Origin: Mytilus californianus
Taxonomy: Eukaryota
Direction of reading: 5' to 3'
Length of the DNA stretch: 64,000 nucleotides
NCBI RefSeq assembly: GCF_021869535.1
Contig: NW_026262734.1
Coordinates: 23,870,001 to 23,934,000 of the forward strand
Shown: positions 21,520 to 32,300 of the stretch, one piece after another
Numbering within the stretch: the stretch's first letter is position 1
Layout: every line of letters begins with the position of its first letter
Notes under the pieces: generated by a model
The model's input: only the letters and a program-made list of their open reading frames with translations
Told to the model about the DNA's origin: nothing
The model's database searches: none
Position numbers and translations under genes: made by a program

Positions 21520-24500
21520 TTATAGGTTCTTTTTGACTTCCTCAATAATTAGATCTGGTGTTTCCGGGAATTTCATCTTTCTTGGTGGCCCTTTCTTTAC
21601 TCCTGTCCATATCAAAGTTTCTGAGAAAAAAAAACACAAATAAAACAATGCATTGAGGATATTACTGTTGTAATACATAATAGTTTATATTATCCCAAAT
21701 ATTGTTTACATGTGCAAATTTAAAATATCATTCAGAGAATAAAATTCTGACACCAATATCTGTGCAATAACATTATTTTATTGCAAAATGACAAAACACA
21801 ACATCATTTCAATTTTATGATAACATTGTCATTTTGAAGCAATATTGCTGTTACATGGAATACTGTTAAACATTGGTTACTTTTGGTTAAAGTGTTTTTC
21901 ACATGGATATAACATTAATATAGTGACAGTGAAGGTCTGATTCATATGCAGTAAAATGGTTTATATTGCACCGAATGTTTGATTTTTCTGTCATCACTGT
22001 TGAAGCTGCAGACCAAATATAAAGTAATTCTGTTCAGTAGCACTGGAGAAATGTATGATGAAAACATTTAGTACTTTAAAAATGTTAAACAATTCAAAGT
22101 ATTTAAACAGAAAAACAGAAAGTAGGTGTATGACAGATCTGAAAAAACTAACACCTTATAACTCATCGCTGTCAAGCTGCTGACCAAATATGAAGTCATT
22201 CTGTTCATAAATTTTGGAGATATGTGTGACAAAAATATTTGTTGGACAAATGAATGAGCAGAACAAGAGACAAGATGATTACAATAAAGCTCCCATTCAT
22301 AGAGTGGAGATTATATAAGAAAATTAACAATTTGCAATTTTTGTTAAGAAACATACATATTTAAACTTTGAAACAAAAGCAATTACTTATCAATCTACAT
22401 AATGTATCTTCATTTCTAATTACTGAAAAAAGCATCATAATTTCTGAATTTAGATATTATAATAATTCATACAAATTTATACAAATTTTGGAGATAGGAA
22501 CATAGGTCTACAAGTACACGGTATGTAAAAAGGACGTCACTCAGTGATTCTCCTGATTAACCTACCCTTTCCACCCTTAACAAGGGTAAATTCAAAACTT
22601 CCACGGCGAGGTTTGGAAGGATTGAACTCAACTTCCACCTCACCAAAGATCTGGCGCAAGTCTGCTACTACTGTTTCAGCCCTGCGCTTGAATACTTGTC
22701 AGGATTTGCTGAAAAAAAAAAACCCAAAAAATCAAATAAGCATTGCAAACTTTTTTAAAGGATTATGCAACTATAACTATGAGATTCAATTGTTCATCTG
22801 AATTCAATACCTTCAATCACTGTTTCAACAAATGGAACTGTGAGCTAAAGTTCACAAATTAATACCTCCGCTGTAAGTTATCATTAAACAGGAAGTTGAT
22901 CAGAAGTGAATGTGAAAACACATCATACTGTATAGCATGCTCACATGAGTAACACATCATACTGTATAGCATGCTCACACGAGTAACACATCATACTGTA
23001 TAGCATGCTCACATGAGTAACACATCATACTGTATAGCATGCTCACATGAACCTTTCAATACAAGCCCTGATTTATAGTTCCTGAGAAAAATGTGTTAAG
23101 AAACAGTTTACAATTAGCAGTGGGAAAAAACTTGTGTTAAAAGTGTGTAATAATCGGTAATTGGCAAATAGACTATATTAAATTTGTTAAAAATTGTCAC
23201 AAAATTCAGTGAATAGGATATTCATACTACTGTGGATTAATTATTATTCATGGAATACTAATTTTTGTATATTTCCTGAGTACGGTTGAACCATTAATTT
23301 ATATGTTTAATGATGTGGAAATTTAAGGCTTGTATGGCAAGTTGCAAGTTGTATGCAGACTTAATAAAAACCTTGAAATCAAATATCCACGAAAATACAA
23401 TTTTCCCTTAATTCCAAAAAATTTGTACAATGTACACACGAAATTAAATGAATTCCACAGTTATAAATCTCCTCTTTTTTTTGATAGATGATCATGACAT
23501 TGCTTCAAGTTAGTTGGAGTTATGTAAATAATCACGATGATGATGCATTTATCTGACCTGCTAACAAAACAAATTCTCTGTAATACCAAAGTTCACACCC
23601 ATTTACACCCCATCTCATAAAACAAAGAAATATACTTCTACAATAAATGCTACACCAGGTATTTAGTTTAATGAAGTTTTCCTTCATGTATTGTATTAGA
23701 TTTAACTAAAAAATAAAGTAAATTCCGTGTGGTGAACCAACGCCTGTGAAATCGTTTTGGTAGAGTCCCTGAAGTGGATACCTTGGTATGCCGGGTTGTC
23801 AAATCATGCAAATGAATGCAATCCTTAAATAATAATTAAAATTGACAACAACACTTCAAAAGATCTGCAATTTTATTATCTATGTCTACATGTTTCGCCT
23901 GCAAGGCAGGCTTCATCAGGACAATTTTTATACAGAATTTAATCCCTGAAGTACTCAAAGTGGTGCATGAAATTTGACGTCGTCATGGTGAGAGAAACAA
24001 TGAAAAGTGAAAGTAGCAATACAGAGTTATAAATAGATAAGATAAATATAGAAAATTAAAGTTTGTTTACAATGTAACTTGAGTTTGTTTTACTATTATA
24101 TGATACATGAAATTGTTCTAATGGCTTGGTATCTAATTGGACGAACTTCCCATGGTTCCTACCACTTCGCAAGGCTTCTCTTCCAACCTGGCCATTGTTG
24201 GAGGTTACTACTTCCTGGCGCGTCGGCAACACATAGGAAGATTATGGTCGCCGCTATGTAAAATAAAATTGTCAAAAAATGTTCCCTTGTTAATTATTTG
24301 GTGACTCTCTATAATTTTTGGATCGTCTGCAGTAGTTGTTCTGTTTAATAGCATGGTTGTGAATTCCTAGTTCATTTAAGATCGGCGCCCGTGGTACGTT
24401 TTTTCTGCTAACAGTTATATATATATGTTAAGGTGGTATCGGATTTCTTGGTCATCTTGGTTCAGTTGTTATTTCGTCGCAAGTATGGAATATTCCTTGG

Positions 24501-27500
24501 TCCATGTATATGCTGGTGGCCTGTAGATTGGCGCGTGTAGCAAGGCGGTTCCTTCGGATGCAGGGGTATGCTTCGTGAACCCCTGCATCCGAAGGAACCG
24601 CCTTGCTACACGCGCCAATCTACAGGCCACCAGCATATACATGGACCAAGGAATATTCCATACTTGCGACGAAATAACAACTGAACCAAGATGACCAAGA
24701 AATCCGATACCACCTTAACATATATATATAACTGTTAGCAGAAAAAACGTACCACGGGCGCCGATCTTAAATGAACTAGGAATTCACAACCATGCTATTA
24801 AACAGAACAACTACTGCAGACGATCCAAAAATTATAGAGAGTCACCAAATAATTAACAAGGGAACATTTTTTGACAATTTTATTTTACATAGCGGCGACC
24901 ATAATCTTCCTATGTGTTGCCGACGCGCCAGGAAGTAGTAACCTCCAACAATGGCCAGGTTGGAAGAGAAGCCTTGCGAAGTGGTAGGAACCATGGGAAG
25001 TTCGTCCAATTAGATACCAAGCCATTAGAACAATTTCATGTATCATATAATAGTAAAACAAACTCAAGTTACATTGTAAACAAACTTTAATTTTCTATAT
25101 TTATCTTATCTATTTATAACTCTGTATTGCTACTTCCACTTTTCATTGTTTCTCTCACCATGACGACGTCAAATTTCATGCACCACTTTGAGTACTTCAG
25201 GGATTAAATTCTGTATAAAAATTGTCCTGATGAAGCCTGCCTTGCAGGCGAAACATGTAGACATAGATAATAAAATTGCAGATCTTTTGAAGTGTTGTTG
25301 TCAATTTTAATTATTAAAAAATAAAGTATATACAGTGGAATCAAAGAATTGTTTGCAATGGGAATTTCTGTTTATAACTTTAGCATGTTTAGGAAATTAA
25401 CCATCTACTATGAAAAAATGTATGATAGCAACACCAGCATTACTAGTGTGTCTGAGATAGACACCATGACACATGCATGAATTGGCAAACTCTCCAAGAA
25501 TGTCCATCTAAGAACTAGATTAATATTTGTTTCAAGGTAGTCAAGACTAGTGTTGGTTGTTGAAGAAGGGAAAACTTACAAAAAAAGGGGGATTTCGTAA
25601 ATGAGCACCCCTATCACCCCCTCATACACAAATTTCTTGCAAATATTTTGGGGTTTTATTATTAACAATTTTATGAAACAGTATTAGTTTATGGTTACTT
25701 CTTCGATCTGAAAGTTTCTTTATATAAGTTAACATCAAAGTACTTGTGAGTTTAGTCTCCCCCTCTCCGGAAATACATTTCGGTAATTAGTCTCACAAGT
25801 ACTTGAATTAAACAATGAATAAAACAAGAAGAGGGGGTATGACTTGGCTTGAATTGATATAGTGTAATACATTAATATTTTAATTGCTTATAAATCCAAT
25901 GAAAAAATTAAATTAAAGTTTAAAATTATTTTCAGTTAATTCTTAACAATGTCACGATGTGAACATGTTTTGGAAACCGTTAGATTTAAAATATAAAAAA
26001 ATGTCCCCTAAATACTTAAATTCAGCTGAAAAAAAGTTTGTACGCGTTATGACCTGAGATTTTCTTCTTCAATGCAGGTCATGACCTGCATTTTCATAGG
26101 TTGACAGGTATGAGGCATTATGTAATGTGAAATTTATCTAAAGCATCATGAAAATACTGTCACTTATGCATCATTATATGCACACACACATAATGTTGTC
26201 ACGGAATAGAAGTTCCTTTATAATATAAGTTCCAAAAGGAAAAAATGTTCTGGAATATTATTTCCAAAGGAATAAATATTACAGTATATGTTCCTAACGG
26301 AATAAATGGTATAGAATATTTGTTCCAACAGGAATAGATATTATGACATTGTTTATAACAAAGTTTCCAGTGGAACTTCTGTTAGGCGGAACAAATATAC
26401 GTTGACAGTGTAAGTAGACATATCCCTTGGGCATAATTATATACAGGAATTATTGAAAAGAGATTACCCTTGTTATCACGGTTATCAGTAATATAAAGAT
26501 TATGTAAAGATATTTTTCCTGGGCATCATTATATACAGATATTATGTTGAGGAAGATTCCTATGGGCATCAATACCATAAAAAGTATGCAAGATATTTCC
26601 CTGTGCATCATTATATAAAGACATCCCTTTGGCATCAATATTTATACAGATAGTATATCATGGTATATTGAGAACGATTACTCTTTGGCAGATGTATGTA
26701 CAGACAACAAGATGTTGAGTGATTCCAATTTGGTATCATTTTATACAGACATTATGTAAATTGTCATTTCTCTTTTGGGATATCCTTCTTTATAGACAAT
26801 CCCCTGTACATCATTATATACAGACAAAAAAAGAGACGAAAGATACCAAAGGGACATTCAAACTCATAAGTCGAAAACAAACCAACAAAGCCATTGCAAG
26901 ACATGAAAAAAAAATCAAAAGACAAACAACAGTATACATGGTATACAAAAGACATAATAAAAAACTAAAGACTGAGCAAGACGAACCCCACCAAAACGCA
27001 TGCCCCAAAATGATTGGGCAAGACTTCTATCGGTATAAACAACTCAGACATAGACAATTTAAAAGCAATAAGAACAACACTTAAAACTAAAGCAAGAGCA
27101 ACACAAACCCCTTTTAAACAAAACTAGGGGTGATCTAAGGTTCTTTGGAAGGGTAAGCAGATCTGGCTCTACATGTGGCACCCGTCATGTTGCTCATGAA
27201 AGTACAAACTTGGTGATAAGTCTCATTCTGTAGGTCACAATTCAGGAAAAGAGGACAGGATTGTAGTAACGACTATTGGAACATATCCGTCGTCATACGT
27301 GCAACAGATATTCCATAACGGTTAAACAACTCATGATGCCATCATGGCGTCAGTAAAATTTTCAAAAGGATGATTTCATTTCACCACTTGGAACTCTTGT
27401 TTTAATATTTGGACCCTTGGGCATCATTAATAAACAGATATGTTAAAGGGATAATTTCCCCTAGGGCATCATTTCATTATTAAGCAAGCAAATGCACTAC

Positions 27501-27824
27501 ATGTACTTGTCGGTTCCCAAGGGGCACTATCTAAGAGTATATTTATCCACCATTGTCCACGTTCAAGTAACAATAACCATTTCTTATTGCTACTTTTATC
27601 GGGTAACCGTAGCCATGCAGTACCTTTTCAAAGCACTGTCACTGTGTTAAAATGTAAAAATTGAGGATTAGCTGATTTGAGAATGACTATACATCATACC
27701 AATATTCAACAACGAGTTTGAAATCGTGTGTTTCGGTGGCTTTCTTCGATTTTTTCGACGGACTCTTTTTTGCAGTTTCTTTGCTATCAGCAGTCTCTTG
27801 TGGCTTTCTTTTCTTAGCTGGCAT
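21520..27824 (-). CDS. SELENOH: Selenoprotein H, 122 aa, Sec UGA at 22699-22701
   Basis: Exons 27700-27824, 22566-22708 and 21520-21620 give MPAKKRK...VVEYCKSUQVFKRRA...NPSKPRRGSFEFTL...IWTGVKKGPPRKMKFPE. It has the CxxU motif, a Lys-rich N-terminus, SelH signature motifs and a downstream SECIS. Confidence 0.95.
22917..23050. repeat. 34-bp minisatellite, 4 copies, SELENOH intron 1
   Basis: (aacacatcatactgtatagcatgctcacatgagt)x4. Confidence 0.95.
23883..23923 (-). ncRNA. Minimal type I hammerhead ribozyme (mirror copy; sense in SELENOH pre-mRNA)
   Basis: Exact reverse complement of 25223-25263. Confidence 0.85.
25223..25263 (+). ncRNA. Minimal type I hammerhead ribozyme
   Basis: Stem I TGTC/GACA, core CTGATGA 25227-25233, stem II GCCTGC-ctt-GCAGGC, GAAAC 25250-25254, palindromic stem III ACATGT, cleavage triplet GTA 25257-25259. 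Confidence 0.85.
26833..27400 (-). mobile_element. 3' fragment of a second Naiad-like PLE family (decayed thumb C-terminus plus 3' UTR)
   Basis: The minus strand of ~27285-27398 translates, with stops and frameshifts, to about QEFQVVK.KSS.*KFY*RH..HELFNRYGISVARMTTDMF. This is homologous to the QGFRYHKLVKTFTKFYHRY region of the ORF at 3-545. Confidence 0.65.
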
Positions 27825-28004
27825 TTTAGCGTTGTTTTCTTCTTCCTCTACACCTTTCATGAAGTATAAGATGAATCCAAAAGAGTTCCGAGTTGGTGTT
27901 CATAAAAGCGCGGGAGAATGTAATTGCAAAGGAGTGAAAAATAGAGTGGAATATTGGAATGGAACCAACCGATCGGACTAATGTAGTCCATGCTAATACT
28001 GGAT

Positions 28005-28273
28005 TTGATTTTGATTTGATTTTTGGTGTTATAACGCTACTTTTAAGCACCGCTTTTGGTCTATTTCGTGGCGGCCAGTTTTTATTGGTGGAGGAAGCTG
28101 GAGTGCCCGGAGAAAACCACCGACCTTCGATAGGAAAACTGACAATCCTGGTCAATTAAGATTGGAGTCGAGTGCACCCGGACGAGCGGGGTTCGAACTC
28201 ACAACCTCAGTGTTGACTGGCTAGTGATTACAGTAGTTACTACTTAGACCACTGACTCGGCCACCGAGGCCCC
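28005..28273 (-). mobile_element. tRNA-derived SINE with conserved central domain and (AATCA)n-like tail
   Basis: Head gggcctcggtggccgag..tggtctaag (A box) and gagttcgaaccc (B box); core ggttttctccgggcactccagcttcctccaccaataaaac; tail aaatcaaatc. It lies ~180 bp upstream of the SELENOH ATG. Fragments occur at ~10220-10295 and ~20270-20350. Confidence 0.85.
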
Positions 28274-28448
28274 GCTTATACTGGAGGATTGAGATCGATG
28301 AATATAAAAAGAATGGAACCATATATATACAACTCTGATTGAGAGTTCTGAAGTAAACCAGAGACATAAATATGTATATATGTCTCTGAGTAAACCTATT
28401 ATAAAGCAATATCTAAACATGTACTTGATGTCTTTTACGGTGGGTTGA

Positions 28449-28626
28449 GGGGCCTCGGTGGTGGAGTGGTCTAATTAGTAGTCGAACCATTGTATCGCTA
28501 GCCTGTCAACACTAATTTTGTGAGTTAGAATCCCGCATGATATGAAACTCCGAAGTCTCATATTATAGGACTACGTCACTAAATAGCACAATATAGTGCT
28601 AAAGGCGGCGTTAGACACCAATCAAT
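28449..28626 (+). mobile_element. Internally deleted tRNA-SINE, head-to-head with the previous copy
   Basis: ggggcctcggtggtggagtggtctaa head and ggcggcgttagacaccaatcaatc tail. Confidence 0.7.
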
Positions 28627-29348
28627 CTTTTATGGTTGTTTTTTTTTTATCCACCGGGTTGGTGTCGACTCTCGTTGCAGTTTTATACTCCTTGTAGTTT
28701 TCTCGATATACCAGAGTCCCACTGATATGTTGCTTCTATCTTGTTTTTGTCAGTATAATAGACTTTAAAAAATGATACCGTGTAGTTTCTGTACATTTGT
28801 TATTTTTATTCTTTCACCAAAGAAAGAAGATTTTTGTTCCACATGAAATAAATTTTGTTTTGTTCCACATGAAATTAATTTAATGTCTTTGAAATAAATG
28901 TATAAAAAAATAAGGAGATTAATATGAAATTAACATGCATATATAAATGTGTTTTACTATTTTATCATATAACTATTGGGTTGCTGTTTCATAGCAGTAT
29001 ATCCCATATCCCAATTTAATTCGATGTATATAAATTAATTAATAATTAGAAAGAAAGAAAAAACCACGCACCGTATCAACTTACAAACGAATTGTTCAGT
29101 TATTATTGCCAATGGCTAAATATGAACCAAAATGGTATTGTTTAGTTTCAGTGCCCTACATGTATACTATACAGTACAATACATAAATTTTCAAGCACCC
29201 TCTTTATTGTATCAACTCCTTTCGCCGTCTAACTCCAAATACCTAAGCCGCTTTTGATTATCCTTTCAAATGATTTAAATAATGCGTATGTGTTAATTAA
29301 TTAAGACGAATTTGAATACAGATTTGATTTTAATGCACGAGCATTTGC

Positions 29349-32300
29349 TTAGCATGCTCCGTATTTAACAAAATGCAAGTTTCTGTGGGTGCATCTGTCT
29401 TTATCAAATTCACACCTGAAAATAACAATAAAGAATATGCTAGAAATATGAATAAAAAGTTTTATTAAAGTAACATTGATAATAGATATAAGGAGATGTG
29501 GTATGATTGCCAATGAGACAACTATCCACCAAAGTTCAAATTAAGTGGATGTAAGCAATTATAGGCAAGCGTACGGCCTTCAACAATGAGAAAAACCAAT
29601 ACCGCATAGTCGGCTATAAAAGGCCCCGATATGATAAAATATGAAACAATTCAATTGAGAAAACTAACGGAATAATTCATAACGAAACAATTTACGAAAA
29701 ACAAATATGACAGACATGAACCAACAAATACCACTTAACTCCAAGCTCCTGACTTGGGACAGGCACATAAAGAATGTGGCGGGGTTAAACATGTTTTTGA
29801 GCGCTCAACCCGCCCCTAACCTGTTTGTTACTGAAAGTACAGCGATAAAATTTAATGCTATCTAGATCCCGCATCTTTTTACATGCCCCGAACGGCAAAA
29901 TCTGGATATGCCACCGTGGATGTATCCAAATATTATCGAAGACTGTACGGTTGCCTATAATTGCTTACATCCACTTCATTTGAACTTTGGTGGATAGTTG
30001 TCTCATTGGCAATCATACCACATCTCCTTGTATCTATTATCAATGTTACTTTAATAAAACCTTTTATTCATACTTAAAACACTTTAACTTTCAAAAGTTG
30101 GAATGTGATTATATACCAATTAATGATAATTCATTTCACGATTTGAAAGATTGTCCTTTTTTTTACAATCGAATGAGAACTGTTGTTTATGTTAAAAGAA
30201 TGTTTTTCATCTTACAACTTTGCAAATGTAAATATTAATATAATTATGACGTACAAGTTTATGTATGTTGCCCTATTTGATGCACATATTAACTGGAATG
30301 ACCTTTCCGAAAGACAGTTATGGTGAAATAAATCCAGACAGAATATATCATAAGCCACTTGTAATCCATCTTGTGTGGGAACTAATGATGATGGTAGGTC
30401 AGTGATGGTTGAACTTCTTGTACATGGACCAGAGTGAACAGCATGCAGTCTTGGATTAGCACAACTTGCTATATTTAAGGCACACCTGAAAGTAAATCAG
30501 ATGAAAATGTTTTCAAAGTAAAGACACGAAGTTTATAAGCTTTGATATTTGCTGTAAACCACATGACCGTAGACACCCAAAGTTATTGTGTAGTGTTTTG
30601 CGGACGGTTGGTTTTTTTTGCCATGGTGATGAATAGTTTCATTCAATTTGTCTTTTTGGTTTCTTCTCCCTTTTTTGTTAATAGAAAATTGTAAAGTTAT
30701 TATATGTAATAAAAATAATAAATTGTAACTACAAGTAAAACATGAATGTTAAATAACGTAGCGAAATTGTACTTTATAAATCTTCAATCTGAAACATATG
30801 TATTGTAGTTAACATCTCATTGCTATATATATTGGATACCTACATATTGTAGTTTACTTCTTGTTACTATATTTAGTTGATTATATTCATATTTATATAT
30901 GCGTTTCCTTTAACATTGACGTCAATTATTAAAATCATTGTAATAAATTATTTTGCTCTCGGCCCTTGAATTGGAATAAAAATATCTTATCTTATCTTAT
31001 ATAAAAAAAAAAGTATTGAATACACACATATTGTAGTAAACTTCTCGTAACTATTGGATACATACATATTTAAGTAAACTTCTCGTAACTATTGGATACA
31101 TACATATTTAAGTAAACTTCTCGTAACAATTGGATAATTACATACATATTGTAGTTAACTTCTCGTAACTATTGGATACATACATATTGTAGTAAATTTC
31201 TCGTAACTATTGGATACATACATATTGTAGTAAATTTCTCGTAACTATTGGATACATACATATTGTAGTAAACTTCTCGTAACTATTGGATACATACATA
31301 TTGTAGTAAACTTCTCGTAACTATTAGATACATACATATTGTAGTTAACTTCTCGTAACTATTGGATACATACATATTGTAGTAAATTTCTCGTAACTAT
31401 TGGATACATACATATTTAAGTAAACTTCTCGTAACTATTGGATACATACATATTGTAGTAAACTTCTCGTAACTATTAGATACATACATATTGTAGTTAA
31501 CTTCTCGTAACTATTGGATACATACATATTGTAGTAAATTTCTCGTAACTATTGGATACATACATATTGTAGTAAATTTCTCGTAACTATTGGATACATA
31601 CATATTGTAGTAAATTTCTCGTAACTATTGGATTCATGCATATTGTAGTTAACTTAATTCTCGTAACTATTGGATACATAAATATTGTAGTAAATTTCTC
31701 GTAACTATTGGATACATACATATTGTAGTAAACTTCTCGTAACTATTGGATTCATACATATTGTAGTAAACTTATCTTAACTATATTGGATACCTACATA
31801 TTGTAGTATGTTTTGCCGTCTGATCCACATGCTTTGGCCTCATCACGTGCTCTGCAGTTTATTCTGTCTGTAAGCTCACAATAATACCTAGTCAAGGCTC
31901 TGGCATAACAAGGTGATGTAAAAACTGAGAAAAAACGATATCAATTGGACTGTGTTCGTCTATATATGATATTCATGCTTAGTGATGCGGGACACAGGCG
32001 CTATGGGCATGCATCTCCTTTTTTAGTATTTGTTTTGTAAACTTTTTAGTATTTCAACATATTTTCACTTACTTAATGTGTCCTTTAAAATAAAATTAGA
32101 AAACCTGTTGAACGAAATCTATATATTTAAGGAAACTTTGTACTTTTGTTGTGCGTTTTTTTTTGGTTGCATGGCTGGAAGGGTTAAAAAATCAAATTTG
32201 ATACAAACAATTGGTCTTACCATGACTTGATACAAACAAATGGTCTTACCATGACTTGATACAAACAATTGGTCTTACCATGACTTGATACAAAAATGGT

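Larger units (their letters stand above)
23830..25316. mobile_element. Near-perfect 738-bp-arm palindrome (11-nt spacer) of a decayed PLE 3' end, tails outward
   Basis: Arms 23830-24567 and 24579-25316 are reverse complements. The identical ORFs 24079-24261(+) and 24885-25067(-) confirm this; I saw one mismatch, 24010 versus 25136. Each arm ends in a hammerhead. The GIY-YIG-like remnants are weak and frameshifted. Confidence 0.8.

Noticed and set aside
22917-23050. 34-bp repeat with CAT|GTGAGC on the SELENOH strand as another splice-site array
   Set aside because: It is not homologous to an exon boundary, the donor match is weak (no G at -1), and there are only four copies.
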